Origin: Camelus dromedarius
Taxonomy: Eukaryota
Assembly (NCBI RefSeq): GCF_036321535.1
Contig: NC_087449.1
Location: 62,620,001-62,684,000, forward strand
Direction of reading: 5' to 3'
Length of the DNA: 64,000 nucleotides
Part shown: positions 37,280-48,590 of the stretch, one piece after another
How positions within the stretch are numbered: position 1 is the first letter of the stretch
Layout: each line of letters begins with the position of its first letter
Made by a program: the position numbers and the translations under genes
The notes under the pieces: generated by a model
Databases searched by the model: none
Seen by the model: the letters and a program-made list of their open reading frames with translations, nothing else
Told to the model about the DNA's origin: nothing

Positions 37280-40200
37280 ATTAAAAAGCCATATTTTCAG
37301 CAAGAGGGTAGAAAATCTCAGAAGTACTTGAAGATGCCAGTTCTACTACCACGTGGCTGACACACACTGCGTGTCAATACCCCGTCTTCCAAAAATAACC
37401 CCACCGTCTACAGAAATGGAGCCACTACAAATTAGCCTGGGTTTGGGGCCGGGCTCAGAACAGTTGATTTTATGAAACTGAAATTCAAGTACATGTTGGA
37501 ATGATGCAAGAGAAAAAAATTCACACTGTGTCCCTCTGTTCCATCCTATCAGTTTTCCTGACCCTTTTAGGATATTTAGCAAGCACAGGATGCCAAAGAT
37601 ATTTGGCCAGTGTAACAGGATCCTGGGCTTGAATTTCTCCCCCTTCTCTGGGGTTCTTCTTTCACAGTTATTTACCTAATGGAAATTTCCTCTTTTGTAT
37701 CCCTGCTCCACTGAGTAATTGCTGGTGACAGTATCATTCTTGTCACCAGGGCGGATGGGACCGCACGTAACAGCAAGGGGGAGAGAAGCCACGGCATCTG
37801 CAGTGTGAGGGACAGTCCTGCCTTCTTCCAATGCAAGACGGTAGGGCTGCCAGTCTCAGCCACCAGCACAGGTCCCATTCTGATCGGCAGTGCTGGCACC
37901 AGGCTCTGCTGGAATGTGTAAACTCAGAAACCCTGGCTCTACCGTGTCTGGAGCGGGTCCCCAGGAACTCTGTGGGAGCTGCCACGGTACAGTTAAAAGG
38001 CAGGGCAAAGGAGTCAGATTCTTCCTCTGCCACTTACTAAATATGCATCTGGTGAAAGCTGCTTAACTTTCCAGAACTTCAGTTTGGTTCTACAGAAAAC
38101 CACGCTCAAGGGCTGCTCTGAAGGGTTAAAGAGATAATGCAAAACATAGGGGCATGGCGTCTGGCACACAGGAGGCCACCAGCTTCTACAAGTTTCTCAC
38201 GAGCAGTCAGAAGGCTTAAACTTCAGAGTCATTTTCAACCCTGCCAGTCCACTAGTACGAAAACCTCCTTCAAGTCATGTAAGGCCTAAGTCACTTCAAA
38301 ATTAAGGTCTTCACCACTTCACTCTGTTTCGTATTGTTAAATATCCACAGTTAAGGATGATTCTGAGTGTGAATTCTGCCCGGATGTTGGAAAACCCTTC
38401 TGTGATACTTGTGACCAGGGCAGAGTTAAAAGAGAATGGGCCTGACAAGCAGCGGGTCTCTGTCCCCGACACGAGGCAGACCGAACAGCTAGTCCTCACT
38501 CAGCCAGATGGCGGAGGGCGCGGGCTGGGGCTGGGGACAGGTATTAGAAAAAAGCATGGAACAAGCTGAGGTTTGGCAAGAAAGAGGCACTTCTGGACCC
38601 CCGATCTCTATCCGCTAGACATGGAGCAGGTTGGTCTGCTTTCAGTTCTACTTGGTTCTGATTATGTATGGCCTTTAAGGCAGAAAGAGAAAGGGGAAAG
38701 AATCTAGAAGAGAGACTCTGAATGAGAATAATAAAGACATTTTAAAGCTAGCGCTGGGGAAAAAAAAAAAAAACAAAAAAACCTAAGACTGGCATTCTAC
38801 TCCGGCCAACGTGCCCCAGCCCGTGACCTTGCTTTTTTGCGGGGGTGGGAGGGGCGGGGAGGTTTTTGGCCTCTGGAGACCTAAAAGCCCTCCTACCCCA
38901 AGAAATACACCATGTTGCTATTTCACGGGTAAACACGCATCAGGCAACAGGCACTCCTTTTCAGTTAAGAAACAAAGTTATCTGAAGCCACCCAGAGTTT
39001 CTCAGCACACAAGGTCTAAATCCAAGCACCAAAGCCAGACCTCAAGACTGTCCTGGTTCTTAACCGGCCCAAGACGCACGCCTGCTGAACTGGCAAGTCT
39101 CTCCTGCTCTTCTGCAGCTCTGACCCCACTGTGAACTCAGATGTTGTTTCAGATTAATCTAGCTCAGAGTGGTTTGAAGCACTCTCGTAATAGGATTTTA
39201 CTTTTTCTTTAAAAAGGGTTGGGAGAGTTTGCTCTAAGGCTAAAGCAGAGACACAAACAGAATACACACGCGTCGCATCAGGAAGACCGATTTTCAACAG
39301 ATGAGTGTCACGGTTTAGTCAAGTCCAATTTTCCCTGTTTTTTTCCCTACACCAATTAAAAGGATCCTGTGGGCAGGACGACTCTAAACCCAGCTGTGAC
39401 GGGGTGGTGTCCTAGCTTCAGCTCTGCATCAGCGAGGCCTCCGGTAGGCTTTTCCCCAGGAGCGGTAGGGGACCGTGCTGGGGAGCCAGGCATCGCTCGT
39501 CTACCGCTGAAAACCCCTTGAGGCCTGTGCAGAGAAGGCAGTGTTGGGTTTGCAGACAATCAGTGCTAGTCAAGGGGAATAAGCATTCCCACCCACAAGA
39601 CCCCCATCAGCCATGCTAACAAGGTTTCTCAATATGCATAAATGGCGCGTGCCTCAGTATGAACCATGCGAGAGACTGTGATGGGGGAAGAGTCCTCTCT
39701 GAGGTGGTCACACCATAGTGCCTGATTTGGCAGATGAATTATTTCAACACTAGAAAAGCACAAAGGCTTAAATAGCAAGGAGCCCTGATCCCAACTCTGT
39801 CACTAGTGTCAGCTGGGTGAACATGAGCAAAGCACACAGTCTTTAGGGATCAGGGCCTTCATCCATAAAACAGGGAGGATGCTACCCACAGAGTTGCTGG
39901 GTTAATCCATGACACCTTGGTTTTAAAAGTACTTGGGGAAAAAACACAGAGCAATGTGTCAATGCCAAGGGTTATTACTGCAAATCCTATTCTTTCTTCT
40001 AATGAGTGCTCCACCCCCTTTCCTCCCCAATTGCATCCTGCATGTCTCATCCTGTAATATAGGAGTTACCTTATACCTGTTCTGGAACAAAGGAAAGCAT
40101 AAAGAAGTCAATCATAGACTGAAATCTCAAAATGCAGGAATTTAGAAATGAAACAAAACATTTCACAATAGGAAAAAAGCTCAAGCTTATCTCATTCTCA

Positions 40201-40529
40201 CGAGGCTCCATTCTTGTAAAGTACTTTGTATTTCACACAAATAGATATATTCTCTTTAATGCCAAATGCCTGGGAAGAAGGGAGAAGGGCGACATCATGG
40301 AGTACGATCACGGGTGCCAGGCGCCAGTCCCAGTGGGGCTGCTTGCTGCACAAGTCAGGTGTGCTCCCAGGCTTTGAAATATCTTGATGACGTTTTTTAG
40401 AAAGAAATCTGTGCCCAACTAGTGTCTTCAAATAAATGAAATTTTAAGTGAGTATGTAGCAGAATAGGCAAAGGAGAGCTTCCAACCACTGAAGACCATA
40501 GTGTAACTTCTAGAACTATAAACACAGGC

Positions 40530-40669
40530 CAACCATGTTTACTGCCTATCAGGCGTTATTCTAACGGTCTGACATCTATGAAGTCATTTATTAGTTTAAT
40601 CCCCACAACAACCCTGTGAAGGGGACCCTATTATTATCCAGTTGTACAGAAGAAACTGGAAAGACCATG
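40530..40669 (-). mobile_element. MIR fragment (host of the L1 insertion)
   Basis: tttaatccccacaacaaccctgtgaagggg...ttattatccagttgtacagaagaaactg. Confidence 0.7.
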
Positions 40670-41304
40670 GGTGGGGGGATGAATGAAACAGGATAGGGAA
40701 GTTAAGAGACACAAGCTTCGAGCTACAAAGTAAATAAGTCACGGGGATAAAATGTTCAGCGTGGGGAATACAGTCAATAATAATGTAATGTTTTTGTATG
40801 GTGACAGGTGACAGCTAGACTGGAATGTGCTCATTTTTAAATGCATAGAAATATCAAATCACTAAGCTGTGCACCAAGAAATGTAAATCAATTACACTTC
40901 AACAAACAAACAAGCAAACAAATAAACCTGAAGGAAAAGAGATCAGATTTGTGGTTACCAGAGGCAGAGGGCGGGGAAAGGGGGAACTGGGTGAATGAAC
41001 TTCCAGTTATAACATAAATAAGCACCTGAGCTATAAGGTACAGCGTGATTAATACAGTTACCACTGCTGCATGTTGTATACGAGAGTTGTTAAGAGGGTA
41101 AAGCCTAGGGGTTCTCATCACAAGGAAAAGTACTTTTTCTCTCTTTTACTTTGTATCCATATGAGATGATGGATCTTCAGTAAATTTGCGGTGGTCATCA
41201 TTTCATGTGTGTAATATGTCAGTCAAATCACTAGGCTGTACACCTTACACTGATGGTGTTATATGTCAATTATATCTCGGTAAAACTAGAAGAAAAAAAA
41301 AGAA
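40670..41304 (+). mobile_element. Composite insertion of two tandem L1 3'-UTR fragments (Laurasiatherian L1) within one TSD
   Basis: Fragment A ends ...aatcaattacacttcaacaaacaaac (~40920). Fragment B runs from gagatcagatttgtggttaccagagg to tatatgtcaattatatctcggtaaaactagaagaaaaaaaa. Flanking 19-nt direct repeat agaaa(c/t)tggaaagaccatg at 40651-40669 and 41305-41323. Confidence 0.85.
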
Positions 41305-42564
41305 AGAAATTGGAAAGACCATGATCATCTCCAACAGAAGTCTGCTTAGCTGCTAAGCGTCTACTTTCATTTGATACTGGGTAGTCTAGGGGGAGAGCCC
41401 AACTGCGCTGTTTGCAGTCAACTCTGCGGACAATTCCTTCCTAAATGCCAGAGAAAATCTTATAGACACACCAGGTAGATGTCTTTCTTTTCCCAAGCAG
41501 TGGTGATGACAAAGGAAGGAAGCTGAGAGAAGTGTAAAGGTTTCTGAAAAAATGACATGGAAATCTCTGGATAAGAAAGGTCAGGCTCCAATCCCCTTTC
41601 TTGATCAATACCCCAGCTCAGACACCCTGGTCCTTTCCATCACCCACACTTTGCCCTAGGCCATGCTGCCTAACACCCACCTCCTCCTTTCCCCAAAGCT
41701 ATCACTCTCACATCTGAAAGGGTCCCAGATAAAGAGGAGGGTCTGTGAATGTCCATGACACAGATCACATTACAGCACATCAGATCACGGTGCTAGTGGA
41801 CCATTTACAGCTGGGAATGAAGATGGAAGCCAAGCTGAGGTGGGGACTGGGACCAGTGATTCAAGAGCTCCTGCCTGCCGAGAAGAGGTCTGCTCCTCCA
41901 CCCAGCTTCTCACGGAAGGATTTCTGAAGGAGGTGGAACACCAAAACTACAAGATTCACTTCATCAGAGCTGGTCTGGTCACACAAATCTCACTGCAGAA
42001 AGAAGCTGCTGCTCAGGCAAGGGCTGTGTTATGTATCCGTAAAGGACACGTGCAGATAGAGATATAAGAGGGGTGGGCGATGGGGGGGGGGGTGAAAGCA
42101 AAGAGGATTATGGGGAAAGAATATGCAGAAACCATGCTGTGCCGCTGGGGTAAGATGAATTCATCCAGCTCGGTCTTCATACTTTTTCTCTCCATCTTTG
42201 CTGCTCCCCTGCTATCCCCACCCCCAAATCTAAGAGGAGTACAGCACTCAGTAGAAAGTAAGGTGCTGTTTCTTCCAACTAAGTAATGTTTTATGGGGGT
42301 GGCGGGATAGAGCTAGATGTACAAGGCCCACACCTCACTTGTTGGGCAGCAGCAAGTGTGATGAATGCTAAGTAAGACCGCAGACGGGGTACTGGCCTTC
42401 AGCATCTGGCAGAGCAAGGGAGGCTGAGCCTCTCCTGGGGGGTTGGGATGTGGAAGTCACTCAGCTCCAAGGTACTTAAGTCCTGTCTCATATCTCCTGA
42501 GACCTGGTTTGATCCCAGGCGAATGAAAGGCCATAGGAAGGTTGTTTCTAAAACAGACTGAAAT

Positions 42565-42673
42565 GGGGGGAGGGTATAGCTCAGTGGTAGAGTGCTTGCC
42601 TGGCACGCACAAGGTCCTGGGTTCAAATCCCAGCACCTCCATTAAAAATAAGTAAGTGAAAAAAAAAAAAAAG
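42565..42673 (+). mobile_element. Camelid tRNA-derived SINE (Vic-1-like)
   Basis: ggggggagggtatagctcagtggtagagtgcttgcctggcacgcacaaggtcctgggttcaaatcccagcacctcc followed by an A-rich tail. Confidence 0.9.
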
Positions 42674-43519
42674 TACCTTCCGCCTAAAACAAACCCAAAT
42701 GTTCTCACTTTTTAGATGGACTAAAATTTGAAAACTGCAATTTAGCTATCTTTGCCTGGAATGTCCCTTGGATTTCTCTGTGGCCTTTCAGAGGGCATTC
42801 TTACCTCTACTATCCTTCCCCCTCACAAAAGATGACCTGGGAGAGGACATTTAGAATTCACACCTGTCTGCTTCCTGCAGGTCTGGTGTTTGTGAAGCCT
42901 GCTGAATTAGCCATTCCCAGGTTAACAGACTTCAGGCCTAAAAAACAAGTCCTGGAATGAGGAAGAAAACACAATCCATGTGACTCAAAAGCTGCCCCTG
43001 CAAAGGTGACTTAATGGGCCTATTCTGATGTTCTGTGTTGCTTTTAATAGAAAACCCTCAATTACTAGAAAGATGGAAAAATAGGGGCTCTGGTTCATTG
43101 TACTTTCTACTTAGAGCTAATTAACCCTTATTTGTAAAAAAAAAAAAAAAAAAAATCAGCCATTTTCTTGCCTAAACGGTTTAGAACTGATTCTTCAGGA
43201 CTAAGCTTTCTTAGGAGCTCTGTTATAATCTCAGGAGTTAAAGCTGATACAGTTTCTACCTCCCACACACATTCCCTTCCACTGTCCATCCTTCCTCAAG
43301 ATTCTTCTCTTTAAGCACCAGGCTTTGATCTTTACTGAAACAGAAGTCCCTCTGGGAAACTCTTGCTGTTATATACCCTTCACTGCAAATGAAAAGCTCA
43401 GAGTATATGTTCTGCAGGGAGGTACACATGAGGGGAAATCAAAGCCCCGAGGATTTGAAAGCAGAAGGAAGAAGAAATGTAAATCCTTTCTGGAGAAAAA
43501 TACTATCAGGCAGAGTCTC

Positions 43520-44650
43520 TGAAACTTTTCTTACACAATGCTGAGCATTCAGTAAAAATTGCCAGATATGGAAGTCAAACAAAATGACTGAAAACTAAGA
43601 AACAGAACCCAGACAAGATCAGTCACCAGTGATCCAGACATTAGAGTTATTACACACAGAGTTTAAAATAGAATGATAGTAACCTTCAAAAAAATTTATA
43701 GAAAGACAGAGAATTTTATCAGAGAACTCAAATTAAGATGTTAAAAGATAGATGAAAACAGTAGAATAGATAGAGCACCAAAAAGAATTAATGAACTAGA
43801 AAATAGGTCAGCAGAAAATATCCAGATCAAAGCATGAAGAAAAACAAGAGCATAAAAGACAAATGGGACAGTGCCAGGGTTCAGTAAAATATCTTTCAGA
43901 GATATAGGTGAAATAAAGATGTTTTCAGGGGATAAAAGGAGGCAAAGTGTTATTAGGACCTTGCATTATCTGCAAAGAAACAAAGTAAAGATGGGACAAA
44001 TAAATACTCTGTGACCCAGTAACTCTGCTCCTCAGTGTATAACGGAGAGGCTATACACATGCACCAGATAACATGAACAAGAATGTTAACAGCGACATTG
44101 GTCACAATAGCAAAACACTGGAACAATCCAAACGTCTAACAGTAACATAGATAAACTGTGACACATTCATACAGTGGAATACTATATAGCTGTGAAGATG
44201 AATGAGCTACAGATACATATACCAACATGGATGGACCTCCAAAATGTACTGCTGAGTTTTAAAAAAGGTCACAAGAGGTATATTTAGTCTGCTTTTGTAG
44301 ATAAATTTAAAACAGGCAGAATTATAAATACATTATTTGGGGGCACATACAAATATGATAAAAGTATATACAGAAAAGAAAGACGTGATTAACACAAATT
44401 TCAGGGCAAAGATTACCTCAGGATGTGAAGTGAAGGAAAGAAATGTAACCATGGAGGCTTCAAAAATAGTAATATATTCTATTGCATTAATGTAACATTC
44501 TAGGATAGTCTATTAGTATATGATGTCATTTAAGCTATTCATTTGATTGTCCTTTAAAGTATACACACACTACATAATATTCCATTATTTCATAATTTAA
44601 AATTTTTTATGGAATTTGTTTTCTAAACATGCCACCAAAGTCAGAATTCA
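43520..44650 (+). mobile_element. Old L1M remnants (decayed ORF1-like part, then L1ME-like 3' end)
   Basis: aaagaattaatgaactagaaaataggtcagcagaaaatatccaga (ORF1 coiled-coil region); gacccagtaactctgctcct, cacaatagcaaaacactggaacaatccaaa, cattcatacagtggaatacta (3' region). Confidence 0.75.
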
Positions 44651-45084
44651 TTTTTAAAAATAAAAATTAACTTCTTAAAAATTATGCCTGTATTTGAAAT
44701 ACCACCATATTATATTCAAAAACATCAAAACCAGAATGTTTTCTAAATTTGCCAAGCAGGCAGCGAAAGAGAAAAAACAGAAAGTACGATCTAAGGGAAA
44801 AAGTAATTTGAATAGCCATTTATTAGAATCTTGTATAAAACTTCTCATTGCAATGATGGAGACAAAAGCAAACATGGAAAGATCCTTTCTCCATTCAATA
44901 CCTTCCTTCTTCCATGAAAAGCAAGGAAAATCTTAGAAATGAACCACTCAGCAAAAGGACGAGAAGCTGACTAAAAAGTAGTGGAGAGAAATGAGTCGAG
45001 TCAGCCACAGAGACTTGAACCTCTTCTCTTCAAATACACGCTACAAGTTGGTAACATGTGACTTTCATTTCATTTCTAGTCTAG

Positions 45085-45405
45085 AGTTGAACTGTCCAAT
45101 AAGGTGACCACATGCCACAGGAAGCTAAAATGTGCATTTAAAATATGATCAGTACAAGTTATGTGGTATAAATATGAAATACATACTGGAATTCAAAGAT
45201 TTAAGGTGAAAAGAATGTAAAACACCTCAATTATTTTTACATACTGATTACAAATTGAAAGGATAATATTTCGGACACAATGGGCTAAATAAAAATATTA
45301 AAAATAATTTCATCTATTTGTTTTTATTCTTTTAATGTGACTACCAGACTATTTTAAAATTATAATTGTGGTTCACATTGTATCTCACTTGGATAGTGGT
45401 GGTTT
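45085..45405. mobile_element. MER33-like hAT-Charlie element
   Basis: ctgtccaataagg...aaatacatactggaattcaaagattta...tgattacaaattgaaaggataatatt...ttttaatgtgactaccaga...gtggttcacattgtatctcacttggatag. Confidence 0.75.
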
Positions 45406-46162
45406 AGAAGTCTGACTCTAAAATAAAATGTTTAAGGACACAGCTTATGAGATTAAACTCAAAAGGTACCCAAGTCCTAGACTTCAGTTAATTCTTAGAT
45501 AATAAATAATATCTCGCAAATGATTGCTATTCACTTGAGCACAGAATAATAGATTTAAGAAGAAAGGCCTCTGTTACTCAAGATGGAAATACCCAGTAGG
45601 AAGGTGGGGAGAAAGCTGACTACGAGGACACACCCCCATTCCTGCTACTCTTATCGCCCCCCACCCATCAGGAGTGGCTCCAAGTCCACGAGGGTTCAGC
45701 TCCAGGTCGGCAGCGCGTATGCACCCTTGCCTATCCCCGCATACAACCTGCAGGGTGACCTCTCCTGTTCCCCTTCTGAGTGGAGCTTTATTAGTATGGG
45801 TATCTGATTGTCAGGTAAGCAAGCTGTATCCGGTTTCCTCATGAGGCTAGACGGGCTGCAGCAGGCAATGCTAAAAGGCTCAGACTGCATGCTCCCGGGA
45901 CACGGAGCCACTGAAGTCTGGTCATCTTTGCACCACTGCCACCTAGACAGTGCCTGGAACACTGTTAGAGCGAAAGATCTGCTTTGCATTCCTTTTCAAC
46001 TCATTAACACCTAACCCCATTCCCACTATACAGAAACAACAGATTCTACTTAACTAAGGAGAAAATCCCCTCTTTTCTCCTCCTTCACCTTAAATTGAGT
46101 AAGTGGGCTGACCATTTCCTAAATCTAGACCCTTCCTCTGTGCTCTCATAAGACCCTGTCTT

Positions 46163-46292
46163 GGGGTGAGGGTATAGCTCAGTGGTAGAGCACATGCTTA
46201 CACGAGGTCCTGGGTTCAACCCCTAGCACGTCTGAGACAGACAGATAGACAGACAGATAGATAGATAGATAGGTAGGTAGGTAGATAAAAAT
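46163..46292 (+). mobile_element. Camelid tRNA-derived SINE (Vic-1-like) with microsatellite tail and TSD
   Basis: ggggtgagggtatagctcagtggtagagcacatgcttacacgaggtcctgggttcaacccctagcac, then a (GACA/GATA/GGTA)n tail; TSD gaccctgtc(t/a)t at 46152-46162 and 46293-46303. Confidence 0.88.
46232..46286. repeat. Compound tetranucleotide microsatellite (GACA)(GATA)(GGTA)
   Basis: gagacagacagatagacagacagatagatagatagataggtaggtaggtagata. Confidence 0.9.
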
Positions 46293-47819
46293 GACCCTGT
46301 CATGGGTATCACTAAATCAAGCATCTCTTCTCTTGTATCTTCGCTCTTTCTTGCCTCTTCTTTCAGCCTGACAAATACAATTGAATCTGTTCAATCTTAA
46401 AAATGTCTTCCTTTAACTTTCCCGTCCCTTCAAGTTATTATTCATCCATTTTCCTCCCTCTGTGGTCCTATCTTCTAAAAGAGTGCTGTACACTTGTTGC
46501 CACCACTGTCTCTTTTTCTGTTAAACAAAGGTTCTGAAGGCATGTACCTATAACAAATAACACAGATCTAATGGTGTCCCTCAATACCCTTAAGTTTGGA
46601 CATAACTGGAACCACAGGGGAACATATTTAGCAGCAGTTGAGGACTGATTTCTTAGCACCTCTCCCAGATCAGCAGGAGTTCAGGTATGTTCCTGGGCCG
46701 CAGGTGTTAACACGAGCTTAAGGCTGTATCCCTTAAGAGGCAGCATCTAGAGAAGAAAATAAAAACCATCTGAAGTCCAAGGCAAAAGATGAGAAACAAG
46801 ACAGAAAGAACTCCCTGAGATGGATGGAACCATTACCATGTCTTTTCACATCGTGCCTGTGGCTTTACAGATGGACAAGAACGGAGTCTTCCAGAGGCTC
46901 CTGAACCTTAACGGCGGCTTTTAAGTCTACGCAAGGGTCAGAGAGACAAGAAAACAGGGATTCACTGCCTTGGATGTTTCTTAGTCTTCAGATAAGTGCC
47001 TTCAACTTCCTATGCTGGCAAAAGAAGAGTGCCAAATGAACTTCAGAACTTCACAGAACAAGATGAGAAAATAAAATTAGGAGACTGCTCCTTTGGAGGA
47101 AAAAAAAATAAACATTCTAGGAATTCACTGAAAGGAGCCCTTTAAGTTCAAAGGAGAGAGAAGCTTGCTGAAGGCACACTCAGTTCTGTGACTGTCTTGT
47201 CCTTTGTATCCGTGGGGCAGGGACAGGGCCTGGCACAGGGTATGGATGGGCACGTGACAGTGCCACCTCGGGGACTGACAGGTGCTGCTCCCCCGCATGA
47301 ACCCAGACTGAACCCACAGGAGCTCTGGGGATAAATGACCACAAAGACCGCTCACCAGTTTGACTAGAAAGTCTGTGTTTCCAAAAATGTGCTCTTTTTC
47401 ACCCCTGCAGCTCTGTGTGCTAGTAACTTTTCTCATGTTGAATCTCATGTTGCATCTGGTTAAGAACTGTGCTGATCATTTTTTATCTGTTCTATATATT
47501 AAGTGCCAGAGGGTATCAAGGAGACCAAGAGATTCTGGCTAAGCATTCTCTTTCAGACATTTTAATGTGTGCATATTGCTGTATCTGTGCACGCAATTCA
47601 CAGAGTCTATATTTATGACAGCCACAAGTCAGGCAGAGACACCCAGAGGAAAACAGGAGAGGAAACCAGAGGAGTTCTGGAGTCACACATTTGGGTTCAA
47701 ATTCTGGCTTCATTTACTGCCTCTGTGATTCTAGGCAGCTTCTCAGAGTCCTATCTGTAAACTGAGATCATGCCTAACTCCTGGGGTCAGTCTGTTCCTT
47801 CCTCCTTTCATTTCTCCCT

Positions 47820-48590
47820 TCCTATCAACAAAAGCTTACTTTGGATCAACTATGTGCCAAGCACTGTTCTAAGGACTGGGGATGCAGCAGTGAAAAAACA
47901 GACCAACCTTGCGGCCCTCTTGGGATTTATATTCTAGTTGCACAGACCATAAATAATACACACACATAAAATGAAAGCAGTAGTAAATGTTAAGTGAGAA
48001 ACAAAGCAAGGAGGGAGGATAAGAGGTGCTGCTAGAGGGGGCTGCGATTTTAGATGGGGAGGGGCACCAGGAAGAGCCTCATGACAAAGTGATGTTTGGA
48101 TACAGAAAATGCAGGCGAAAACCACGTGGTTACAGACCACTCTAGGCAGAGAACTGCGGGTGCAGAGGCACTGAGGCGGCAGTTTTGAGGCAGAGGGCTG
48201 AGCAACAGCAAGCAGGCTGGAGTGATGGAGCTGAGTGAGGTGGGGAGTGCCACATGGGTAAGAGACGGGGTCAGAAAGGTACGGGGAGGGGCCAGACCAC
48301 GTGCCCCTTATAAATCACTGCACAGACTTAAATTTTCTATGCAGAGTGAAGTGGGAAGCCACAGGAGGGGGCTGAGTAGAAGAAGTGACATTTGCTGTAC
48401 TGAGCGCCGCTGTGAGATGTGGGGAGGGAAGGGTGGACGCAGAAGTCGCTACAATAAACGGGGTGGGGATGAGCACTGGGATGGTGCGGAAGCAGCAGGC
48501 GGGCAGGAGGGGGATGTTCCCAGATGGTACAGCTGACAGGATGTGCTGAGTCAAGGATGACTCCAAGGTATCTGAGCAGCTGGAAGACGG
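47820..48590 (-). mobile_element. L2 (L2a-like) fragment
   Basis: actatgtgccaagcactgttctaaggactggggatgcagcagtgaa...gatttatattctag...gcaggctggagtg...gaagtgggaagccacaggaggg...caaggatgactccaagg. Confidence 0.8.

Noticed and set aside
42565-42640. tRNA-like sequences (also 37200-37279 and 46163-46230)
   Set aside because: They have A/B boxes but lack a proper acceptor stem, are followed by A-rich or microsatellite tails, and one has a TSD; they are SINEs, not tRNA genes.
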